IMG/VR virus record: IMGVR_UViG_2928503688_000006
Coordinates: 5,660 to 69,659 of that record
Length of the DNA: 64,000 bases
Origin: a virus
Taxonomy: Duplodnaviria; Caudoviricetes
Strand: one strand, 5' to 3'
This document shows positions 9,430 to 17,106 of this stretch, piece by piece. Position numbers and translations under genes: made by a program. The notes beneath the pieces were generated by a model, which had not been told where the DNA came from, searched no databases, and worked only from the letters and a program-made list of their open reading frames with translations. Positions within the stretch are counted from its first letter, which is position 1; each line of letters starts with the position of its first letter.

Positions 9430-9550
9430 GTGGCACTACCGGACTGGCACTCTGGCAGGGTCCGTATTTTTCCGTGAGAACTGCTGGTCTCGTCAGAGCG
9501 GACCTAATCCGCTTACCGGCCGCGATCCTCTGCGGCCTCGGTTTCGACCT

Positions 9551-9754
9551 TTATGCTGCCTGTGCCGGGCAACCCTCGTTCAACCACTCCCAACAACCAT
9601 CGGCGTTAAACGAGCCAACAACCTTGCCATCCAGCAGAATGTCTTTCACCCATTGATGCCGATCCGATGGGCGATGCGTCATTCCGAGTTCGGCCAGGGT
9701 CGCGGTCAGCGAAAGCTCTTTCGCGAGCGCCTGCTTGATTCGGTCTGCATTCAT
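9551..9754 (-). CDS. Small early protein
   Basis: GAGGGG RBS before MNADRIKQ. Confidence 0.6.
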   Translation of the reverse strand: MNADRIKQALAKELSLTATLAELGMTHRPSDRHQWVKDILLDGKVVGSFNADGCWEWLNEGCPAQAA

Positions 9755-9912
9755 CTCGCCCCCCCTCTCAACATCCCGGAATATTCGCCACACCTTCAAT
9801 ACCCTGCTCGCGCCAGCCCATGAACGTCGCCGAATCGATTCGCGACATGTAAAACGCGACGCGTTGGGCGTGGAGAAAATTTAGCCAGTAGGTCAGTAGC
9901 ATGGTTGGTCTC

Positions 9913-10035
9913 TTAAAGTCCGCGACGTTCGTCGGCGACGCCGGCGCTTATGAGGGCTGCACCTAAGCGCCGAAGCTCGATCGATTGCGGGCGGTCGATG
10001 CGGAGTTCTTGAAGATCGCGAGCGGCTTGGGACAT
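9913..10035 (-). CDS. 40-aa first ORF of the pL transcript (absent from track)
   Basis: GGAG RBS; MSQAARDLQELRIDRPQSIELRRLGAALISAGVADERRGL. Confidence 0.45.
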   Translation of the reverse strand: MSQAARDLQELRIDRPQSIELRRLGAALISAGVADERRGL

Positions 10036-10072
10036 TTGGGGCTCCGGTGGTGTGTGGCGTTGGGTTGAGAGA

Positions 10073-10124
10073 ACTATAGCGAATCGCTAACCACATCGCA
10101 AGTATTTTTTCACGCGATTCGCTA
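10073..10124 (-). promoter_or_regulatory. pL promoter with two OL operators
   Basis: TTGCGA-N17-TATAGT (10101 to 10073); operators TAGCGAATCGCTA 10077-10089 and ACGCGATTCGCTA 10112-10124. Confidence 0.85.
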
Positions 10125-10153
10125 AATGTCTTCCGGTAGTTTTTACGCAGACG

Positions 10154-10178
10154 AAAAAAAGCCCGCGCATGGCGGGCT
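10154..10178 (-). terminator. Rho-independent terminator after cI
   Basis: GCCCGC stem followed by T7 on the minus strand. Confidence 0.85.
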
Positions 10179-10201
10179 AGAAGGGTCAAATAGAGAGGAA
10201 A

Positions 10202-10984
10202 TCAGCGTCGGCGGTGGTGTTGCCGATGCTCGATCAGCACGCCAATGATGTGCAAATGATCGCGCTCGCTGTGGAGTGTTGCGAAGTCGTCATTGAGCGG
10301 CACGAGTTCGAAGACAGGATTGCCATACCCATCAACGCCGAGTGCCCGATATTTTTTGAACGTTGCCTCTTCTTCACTGTTCTTGGCGACGACGAATTCG
10401 CCTGGCTCGGGCTGTAATGTCGGATCGATAATGATCGTATCCCCCTCCTCAAACTTCGGCAGCATCGATTTTCCCTTGATGCGCAGGGCGAACGTGCTCT
10501 CGGACACGTCCCATTCTGTTACTACCGTCTCGAACCCGTCGCCGAGGGCATACGGGTCTATCGCCTCGGTCATCATTCCGGCCTGAACGTAACTTATCAC
10601 GGGGATTACACGTCGGCCCATAGCGGTCGGCGTAACGTTTTCGATGGACTCATTTGGCCCGTCGCCGTTAATACTATGCTTACTGACTGTAGGGAAATCC
10701 TGAGTCAAGCCCGGTTTTGGTGCGCTAATCACCAAATCGTCAAATTCAGAAGTGTGCTCGGTATCCATCCAGCCCAGGGATTCCCCTAAGGCTATCTCGA
10801 TCTTCCGTGCAACGTCATCGCCCATTGCCTTGGGCTTTCCTGTTTTGCTCTCTGGCGTCTGGTTCTTGATCTGGCTCAGATAGGCCGCGCTGACATCGGC
10901 TTTCTCTGCTAGGGCAACGGCTGTGCGCAGCCTTTTGATCGCGATCAGCAGGTTATCGCGGCGGATTTCATCGTTGGTCTTCAT
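10202..10984 (-). CDS. cI: CI-like repressor (HTH plus S24/LexA peptidase)
   Basis: N-terminal HTH; VQAG cleavage site; GKSM catalytic Ser and TFKKY Lys. Confidence 0.95.
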   Translation of the reverse strand: MKTNDEIRRDNLLIAIKRLRTAVALAEKADVSAAYLSQIKNQTPESKTGKPKAMGDDVARKIEIALGESLGWMDTEHTSEFDDLVISAPKPGLTQDFPTVSKHSINGDGPNESIENVTPTAMGRRVIPVISYVQAGMMTEAIDPYALGDGFETVVTEWDVSESTFALRIKGKSMLPKFEEGDTIIIDPTLQPEPGEFVVAKNSEEEATFKKYRALGVDGYGNPVFELVPLNDDFATLHSERDHLHIIGVLIEHRQHHRRR

Positions 10985-10998
10985 AGGTAGCTATTACA

Positions 10999-11063
10999 TA
11001 GCAAATCGCTAAACACATGAATGTGCGATTCGCTATTGCTTTCCGTTAGCGAATCGCTATAAT
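10999..11063 (+). promoter_or_regulatory. OR region: three 13-bp operators, pR and divergent pRM
   Basis: TAGCAAATCGCTA 10999, GTGCGATTCGCTA 11023, TAGCGAATCGCTA 11047; TTGCTT-N16-TATAAT 11036-11063. Confidence 0.85.
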
Positions 11064-11070
11064 GATTCCC

Positions 11071-11376
11071 ATGGACCTGAAAACTTACCTCTCTGGCGGT
11101 CGCGGACGGCTCACTTCCCTGAGCAAAGCGATTGGCGCCCACACCCCTGATGTTAGCCGTTGGGCGACAGGCGAACGACCGATTCCGATCCCGTTCGGCC
11201 TGCCGATCGAGAAGGCAACGAAGGGTCTCGTTACTCGCCGTGAAATGTTTCCCGAAGACACCATCAAAAAGGTTTGGCCGGAACTGATGCGCCAGAAGAA
11301 CGGAAAGGTTGATCGGCTCGCAGCCTCCGACGACGCACAGCCGCCCGTGGGTAGCGCCGACGACAGCAAGGATTGA
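11071..11376 (+). CDS. cro: Cro-like (YdaS-type) HTH regulator
   Basis: Divergent from cI; TSLSKAIG...DVSRWATGERPIP...IEKATKGLVTRREM. Confidence 0.88.
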   Translation: MDLKTYLSGGRGRLTSLSKAIGAHTPDVSRWATGERPIPIPFGLPIEKATKGLVTRREMFPEDTIKKVWPELMRQKNGKVDRLAASDDAQPPVGSADDSKD

Positions 11377-11496
11377 GTAGTTCGTTTTCATTTTTAGGCG
11401 TCCTTTGTGACGCCTTTAATTTCCTCCCCTTCCATCTGGGTAATCAAGATGGGAAGCATCAGGGGCCTGATGAATTTCTTCTAAGGAGTGTGCGCT

Positions 11497-11862
11497 ATGG
11501 AACAGTTTGAGATGCGAATGTTCGCGATGTACCAGGAGCCCGTACGCCTGCCTGACTCTCAGATTGAACCGTTGCCGTTTGAGCGCACGCTTTCACTGGC
11601 ACTAGAACTTGGCCTCAAGCGGTTCGATCGCAAGACGCTGGCGAAGCTGTGCGGCATTCACTACCCGCACTTCGGCGACCTGATTGCCGGGCGTCGCCCG
11701 TTTCCGGCTATCAAGTTGTCGCGCTTCTGCCTGCTGACGGCTTGCGACTATCCGCGCCAGTGGATCGAGATTCAGGACCGCCGCGAACTGGAAAGCTACA
11801 AGGCACAGAGCGCGCAGGTTGTCGGCGACTACATCCAGAAGGCTATGGGGAGGGCGGCGTAA
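11497..11862 (+). CDS. XRE-type HTH regulator in the cII position
   Basis: RKTLAKLCGIHYPHFGDLIAGRR; AGGAG RBS. Confidence 0.65.
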   Translation: MEQFEMRMFAMYQEPVRLPDSQIEPLPFERTLSLALELGLKRFDRKTLAKLCGIHYPHFGDLIAGRRPFPAIKLSRFCLLTACDYPRQWIEIQDRRELESYKAQSAQVVGDYIQKAMGRAA

Positions 11863-12155
11863 TGAACTGCAAACCTGGTGATCTGGCGGTAATCATCCGC
11901 TCTAGTTTTCCATCCAATATCGGCCATATTGTTGAGGTATTACGCCGTTGCCCTGCCTGTGAATTGATAGATCCTCTAGTTCCTGAATGGGAATGCAGAG
12001 AAATCGGAAGTCTCGAAAAAGAAGTTTGGGTCTTCGGCGAAGACGATACCCCGCCCAAAGATGGCGAGATTGATATAGCTGACCGCGATCTTCGTCCGAT
12101 CAGCGGCGTCCCCGTCGATGACGAAGTAACTGACGATCTGGAGATCACAGCATGA
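11862..12155 (+). CDS. Conserved phage hypothetical (MNCKPGDLA type)
   Basis: TAATG coupling; DRDLRPI motif. Confidence 0.75.
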   Translation: MNCKPGDLAVIIRSSFPSNIGHIVEVLRRCPACELIDPLVPEWECREIGSLEKEVWVFGEDDTPPKDGEIDIADRDLRPISGVPVDDEVTDDLEITA

Positions 12156-12319
12156 CCCCCGACGAACGCCGCCAATGGGCGCACACAGTCAGGTACGAGC
12201 CTGCTGGACGGTCGGCGTGGGATCGCGTGGTGGGCCACCCAGTTACCTTCTTTGTGTCTCTGCCGGCACTGCTCTGCCTGGTGCTGTGGGCGACGTTCGA
12301 AGCTTGTGGGGTGATTTGA
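12152..12319 (+). CDS. 55-aa membrane protein (absent from track)
   Basis: ATGA/TGATG coupling at both ends; hydrophobic C-terminal half. Confidence 0.55.
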   Translation: MTPDERRQWAHTVRYEPAGRSAWDRVVGHPVTFFVSLPALLCLVLWATFEACGVI

Positions 12320-12492
12320 TGGGCGCGCAAGAACCGATTCATTCCGACCCGCTACTGGCAGACGTTTTCGAACTTCTGTGCCGGATGGTGATTTGCCGGG
12401 AAGACACGCCCGCAACACGCATGGCTAGCGAAGCATTGCGCAAGCTGACGAAGTATGAAGAGAAAGTCAAGCAACAGAACAAGGGGAAGTGA
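12319..12492 (+). CDS. Small hypothetical protein
   Basis: Coupled start MGAQEPIH; stop abuts next ATG. Confidence 0.55.
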   Translation: MGAQEPIHSDPLLADVFELLCRMVICREDTPATRMASEALRKLTKYEEKVKQQNKGK

Positions 12493-12912
12493 ATGGCTTG
12501 GGGATTCGTTTATGTATTGGGTAACGATGCGATGCCAGGCATCTACAAGATCGGCATGACCGAGAAAGCCCCGATGGAACGGATGGAGCAACTGTCTATG
12601 GCGACGGCATGCCCTACACCGTTTTGGCTCGCCATGTTTATCCAGGTGGAAGACCCACGGGATGCTGAGCGAATGGTCCATAAAGAACTAGACCGGGTTC
12701 GCGTAAACCGGTCCAGAGAATTCTTCCGCGCCCCATTAGGGAAGATTTCCCTGGCTATTCGAGAGTGTTTTGGCGAAGACCCTCATTGGGAGGTTGACGG
12801 TCAATTCAAGGACTGGTCGGAAGAGAAGGACAACGATCGGGCGCAGAAAATGAATCACTTTTTCTCGCAGTGCGCCGATCCATTTGAATTCCTTGCGCGT
12901 GGCTTTGAATAA
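12493..12912 (+). CDS. GIY-YIG nuclease (T5orf172 type)
   Basis: GFVYVL...YKIGMT...ER...E..VH..L..VRVNRSREFF. Confidence 0.88.
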   Translation: MAWGFVYVLGNDAMPGIYKIGMTEKAPMERMEQLSMATACPTPFWLAMFIQVEDPRDAERMVHKELDRVRVNRSREFFRAPLGKISLAIRECFGEDPHWEVDGQFKDWSEEKDNDRAQKMNHFFSQCADPFEFLARGFE

Positions 12913-12921
12913 GGCGGCCGA

Positions 12922-13968
12922 GTGTCGGATGCATCGCCGCAACTCGAGAACGGTTACACGAGGCTCGCTAACGAGCTTTTGGACGCGCTCATCAGCGCGA
13001 AGCTAACAGCAAGGCAATGGGCGGTTTTTATGGCGGTGGTCCGTAAAACCTATGGCTTCAATAAAAAGGACGATGACATCGGCCTGAGTCAGCTTGCCGA
13101 AATGACCGGTATTGCGAAGGCTCATGTTAGCGTCGCCGTCCGGGAACTTGCAGCCCGTCGAATCTTGACGCGTTGCATGGGCAAGTTTGGTCACCGCCTT
13201 GGTGTCAACAAGAATCACAAATCGTGGATAGGGGTTACCGAATCAGTAACCCATATCGAAGCAGAAGTACCGCCGACTGACGGCGGAGATGAGCATGCGC
13301 CAAGGGTTACCGAATCAGTAACCCTTGAGACCTTTGGTAAGGGTTCCCAAATCAGTAACCCCGGGGTTACCGAAGTAGTAACCCCCCCCGTTACCGAATC
13401 AGTAACCACAAAAGACAACCCTTCAAAAGACAACTACCAAAAGACAAAAACCTTTCCTCGCTCGCTTCGCGAACGATTCGATATTTTCTGGGTTGCCTAC
13501 CCGAAAAAAGAGGAAAAGAAGGACGCCATCAAGGCGTTCGAAAAGATCAATCCCGATGACGATTTGCTCGCAACGATCCTGCAAGCCATCGAGACGGCCA
13601 AGAAATCGCAGAAGTGGCAAACCCGCAGGTTCATCAAACAGCCTCCCGTCTGGCTGAACAAAGCCTGTTGGCAGGACGAATTGGTAATCGCATATTCGGC
13701 CAAGCAAATCGCGGTGATCGCGGCTTACAACGAGGCGTTGGGCGGTTCGCTCGGCGAAATCGACCCAGCGACCTTCACCGAAGATCGGGCCGGCGCGATT
13801 GACGACTTTCTGACGTTTCATGCGAAAGACCAGAATTTCTGGCAGCGCTACTTCCCTTGGGTAGCCGCCAACGTGAATGTTCCGCCGCACTGCGGTCTGG
13901 ATTACCTCATCAGCCGCGATGGCTATAGCAAAGTCAAAGGTGGGCAATTCATGAAGGACAAGCAATGA
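12922..13968 (+). CDS. Lambda O-like replication initiator
   Basis: LENGYTRLANELLDAL, VVRKTYGFNKKDD; internal iterons; FDIFWVAYPKK domain. Confidence 0.92.
   Translation: MSDASPQLENGYTRLANELLDALISAKLTARQWAVFMAVVRKTYGFNKKDDDIGLSQLAEMTGIAKAHVSVAVRELAARRILTRCMGKFGHRLGVNKNHKSWIGVTESVTHIEAEVPPTDGGDEHAPRVTESVTLETFGKGSQISNPGVTEVVTPPVTESVTTKDNPSKDNYQKTKTFPRSLRERFDIFWVAYPKKEEKKDAIKAFEKINPDDDLLATILQAIETAKKSQKWQTRRFIKQPPVWLNKACWQDELVIAYSAKQIAVIAAYNEALGGSLGEIDPATFTEDRAGAIDDFLTFHAKDQNFWQRYFPWVAANVNVPPHCGLDYLISRDGYSKVKGGQFMKDKQ
13231..13451 (+). repeat. Replication origin: five iterons plus A-rich AAAAGACAA repeats
   Basis: GGGTTACCGAATCAGTAACC-like copies near 13231, 13304, 13341, 13364 and 13389, each with dyad symmetry; three AAAAGACAA copies at about 13410-13448. 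Confidence 0.9.
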
Positions 13969-15359
13969 ACGCACCCGACCGCATCCCCAACGAACACGGC
14001 CTGACCGTTCCTCCCCAGGCGATCGAAGCTGAGCAATCTGTACTCGGTGCCCTGATGCTCGACAACGATGCAATCGACCGTATCCCGGAATTGCGCGCCG
14101 ATCAGTTCTATCGCTATGACCACCGGATTATTTTCGAGTGCATCGCAAAGATGATCATGGCCGGTCGCCGTGCAGACGTGATTACCGTCTACGAATCGCT
14201 CGGCACTGCTGGCAAGGATCAGCAGGTAGGCGGCTTGGCGTACCTCAACGCCTTGGCGCAAAACGTTCCCGGTAGCGCTGGCATCCGCCGCTATGCCGAG
14301 ATCGTGATTGAGCGCGCCCAGCTTCGCGGCATTCTGTGCGCCGTCGATGAAATCGGGGCGATGGTGCATAACCGCGCCGGCAAGACGGCGTCTGAAATCG
14401 TCAGCGAAGCGCAAGCGAAGTTCGAGCCCTTGTCCGAGGCGCGGGCATTCGAGCCGCGTTTGCCGGGGATGGCCCTGACTGAAATCGTGACGGAGATTGA
14501 CGAGCGTTATCACGGCGCGGAATCCTCAGCGATCTCGACGGGCTTCCGCGATCTCGATCATAAGCTCGGTGGCGGCATGCGCGGCTCGGAACTGGTGATC
14601 GTTGCCGGGCGGCCGTCAATGGGAAAAACAGCTTTTTCCATGTGCATCGCCGGTTACGTCGCACAGGAAGTTGGCCCGGTACTGGTTATCTCGCTCGAGA
14701 TGTCCGAGAAATCCCTGCACCAGAGAAATCTTGCGCGAGTTGGCGGTATCCCGCTTGGGCACATTCTCGACGGCAAAAAGATTGTCGAAGAAGACTGGCC
14801 GCGCCTGACGCACGCCGTATCGGTGATGTCTGAACTGCCGATGCTGGTGGACGACACGTCAGGCCTGACTATGGCGGAAATATCGAGTCGCGCGCGCACG
14901 GTGAAGCGCCGCATGGGGCTAAGTCTGGTTGTTGTTGACTATCTAGGCCTGATGACTGGCGGAACGGACGAACGCCAGGATCTGAAAATCGGTAGCTATT
15001 CTGCTGGCCTTAAGGGCTTGGCGAAGCAACTCGATATTCCGGTGATCGCACTGGCCCAGCTTAATCGCGGCGTAGAGCAGCGTCCGAACAAACGCCCGAC
15101 GATGGGCGACTTGCGCGATTCCGGGGCCATTGAGCAGGACGCTGACATCATCCTCTTGCTCTACCGCGATGAAGTCTACAACCCGGATACGCCTGATCGC
15201 GGCACAGCCGAAATCATCGTTGGCAAGCAACGCAATGGGGAGACGGGCCCGGTTCGACTCGCATTCATTGGCGAGCATCAAAAGTTTGCAGACATGGCGC
15301 CGGGTTATGTGTCGGCGCCTCACAGGGCACCGGAAAGAGCCAGACGGGGTTTTGAATGA
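13965..15359 (+). CDS. dnaB: Replicative DNA helicase
   Basis: EAEQSVLGALM, GRPSMGKT, VVVDYLGL, AQLNRGVEQR, LRDSGAIEQDAD. Confidence 0.97.
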   Translation: MNAPDRIPNEHGLTVPPQAIEAEQSVLGALMLDNDAIDRIPELRADQFYRYDHRIIFECIAKMIMAGRRADVITVYESLGTAGKDQQVGGLAYLNALAQNVPGSAGIRRYAEIVIERAQLRGILCAVDEIGAMVHNRAGKTASEIVSEAQAKFEPLSEARAFEPRLPGMALTEIVTEIDERYHGAESSAISTGFRDLDHKLGGGMRGSELVIVAGRPSMGKTAFSMCIAGYVAQEVGPVLVISLEMSEKSLHQRNLARVGGIPLGHILDGKKIVEEDWPRLTHAVSVMSELPMLVDDTSGLTMAEISSRARTVKRRMGLSLVVVDYLGLMTGGTDERQDLKIGSYSAGLKGLAKQLDIPVIALAQLNRGVEQRPNKRPTMGDLRDSGAIEQDADIILLLYRDEVYNPDTPDRGTAEIIVGKQRNGETGPVRLAFIGEHQKFADMAPGYVSAPHRAPERARRGFE

Positions 15360-15520
15360 ATCCCGCCGAACTAGCCGAAGTCCTCGAAGAAATCGCTGAC
15401 TGGCCGCTAGACCGAAGACGCGAATACATCGCCAGCATACAGACGGCATTCGGCGAACAGGCAGCAGAGCAGATTCGGCAGGGATTGGGGGAGTTATGGA
15501 AAACAAGGGGGAAACGATGA
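15356..15520 (+). CDS. 54-aa hypothetical protein (absent from track)
   Basis: ATGA-coupled at both ends. Confidence 0.55.
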   Translation: MNPAELAEVLEEIADWPLDRRREYIASIQTAFGEQAAEQIRQGLGELWKTRGKR

Positions 15521-15882
15521 ATATGGCGAGTAGCACTACTAAGAGGGCACTTCAGGCGCTTGGTCGATTGAAGGTCGGCGCCATGAACAAGACGGAAACT
15601 GCATATGACGCCGCTCTCGCCGCCCGCAAGCATGCTGGTGAGATTGCCTGGTATCGATTTGAGGGCGTCAAGTTGCGCCTCGCCGATAACACGTTTTACA
15701 CGCCCGACTTCGCAGTGATGCTGGCTGACGGCGCGATGGAGTGCCACGAAGTGAAAGGGTTCTGGCAAGACGATGCGCGGGCAAAGATCAAGATTGCCGC
15801 CGATCAATACCCGTTTCGATTTATCGCCGTGACGGCCAAGCCAAAGAAGGCTGGCGGCGGCTGGAATGTGGAGGAATTCTGA
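15517..15882 (+). CDS. PD-(D/E)XK endonuclease (DUF1064-like)
   Basis: FYTPDF...HEVKGF motif. Confidence 0.8.
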   Translation: MNMASSTTKRALQALGRLKVGAMNKTETAYDAALAARKHAGEIAWYRFEGVKLRLADNTFYTPDFAVMLADGAMECHEVKGFWQDDARAKIKIAADQYPFRFIAVTAKPKKAGGGWNVEEF

Positions 15883-15883
15883 A

Positions 15884-16375
15884 ATGGCTAAATCGCAAAA
15901 ACCTCGCCGTCCCTACGACCCGACGCGCTTCGTGTCCCGCATCGTATCGAACGCCGAAAAGCGTCGCGACGCCAATCCGCTGACGGACGATCAGCAGCGC
16001 GATTTAGGCCTCGCCTACCACATCGCCTTCGAAAACATGCTCAAGCGTGGCGGCGAAGAGGATTGGTACGTTTTGGCGGGAAGTTTGAACGTCGCATTGG
16101 TCCTCGCCGAAAAAGGCTATGGCGAAGAATTCATTCCCGAAATCAAGGCGGCAATGGAAGCGCTGATGTCCGCCAAGTACCGCGCCGACCGCACCGGGAA
16201 ATGGGCGTTCGATGGTCCCGGAATCCAGGCCATGCGTACCGCTCTCGAGTTGCACGACCAGCAATGCGCGCTGGCGACGCGGGCGGAAATCAAGACTGTA
16301 TTACAGGCAATCGTGAAACGGGCGAACGAAGGTTTCATGTACTCGAATGAAGAGTGCGAATTGGAGGCAGCGTAA
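15884..16375 (+). CDS. Hypothetical phage protein
   Basis: 163-aa ORF in a coupled gene chain. Confidence 0.7.
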   Translation: MAKSQKPRRPYDPTRFVSRIVSNAEKRRDANPLTDDQQRDLGLAYHIAFENMLKRGGEEDWYVLAGSLNVALVLAEKGYGEEFIPEIKAAMEALMSAKYRADRTGKWAFDGPGIQAMRTALELHDQQCALATRAEIKTVLQAIVKRANEGFMYSNEECELEAA

Positions 16376-17106
16376 TGGGCGGCAAATTGTGGAAACTAAA
16401 CGAGGACCGCGCGTTGCGGAATCTCTGGCATTCGGACGTACCGAGCGATGAACTTTGTGCCGCCCTTCCCGGACGTTCCTCCGATGCGATTCGCAGTCGC
16501 GCTCAATTCATCGGTCTGGGTGCGCGATTCATTAAGTGGACTGATGCTGAGGATTCGATCCTGCGTGATATCTGGAGTGGCAATGGATCGCTCAAGTCGC
16601 ATCTTCACAGATTGCCTGGACGGACATGGCGCGGCGCTCTTCATCGTGCGAAATCCATTGGGTTGCGTGGGCGCAATCCTCAACAGTTTGTGTCGCATTT
16701 CTCATGGGTTGAGGTTGAAATTGTGAGCGCGTTATCACAATCGGTGCCTATGACTGCACGCGATATCGCATCAGTCTGTCAAGCGTCTTATGCTCGCATC
16801 ACACAGATTCTTGGCCGTCATGCCGAGACCAAATGGCATGTTGTTGACTGGCGCCATACGAGCGTATCGGGCTCTGGAAACTGGTCTGCTGTCTGGGTAA
16901 TTGGTGAAGGAAAAAATGTACCGAAGCCTGCTCTCAAGACAAAGGCCGAATGCTCCAAGACGTACCGCGTGAAGCGAGCTATCGCTAATGGGCGGATTGA
17001 CCCGTTCGGGCTGATGAGCGCGTCACATGAACTTAGCGGCGCACGTGGTCGCGTGTATATCCACCTGACCGATTCCAAAGACGATGAATTCGCGGAGGCC
17101 GCGTAA
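16375..17106 (+). CDS. Putative DNA-binding protein with two Myb/SANT-like repeats and an HTH
   Basis: WKLNEDRALR and WTDAEDSILR repeats; MTARDIASVCQASYARITQIL. Confidence 0.55.
   Translation: MGGKLWKLNEDRALRNLWHSDVPSDELCAALPGRSSDAIRSRAQFIGLGARFIKWTDAEDSILRDIWSGNGSLKSHLHRLPGRTWRGALHRAKSIGLRGRNPQQFVSHFSWVEVEIVSALSQSVPMTARDIASVCQASYARITQILGRHAETKWHVVDWRHTSVSGSGNWSAVWVIGEGKNVPKPALKTKAECSKTYRVKRAIANGRIDPFGLMSASHELSGARGRVYIHLTDSKDDEFAEAA

Noticed and set aside
9002-9823. 273-aa plus-strand ORF across the structured tract
   Set aside because: Antisense to the pL operon, Arg/Pro/Ser-rich, no RBS or motif; the region is better explained by RNA stems.
13231-13410. TESVT peptide repeats in the initiator as a protein repeat domain
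   Set aside because: They are the translation of the DNA iterons, as in lambda O.
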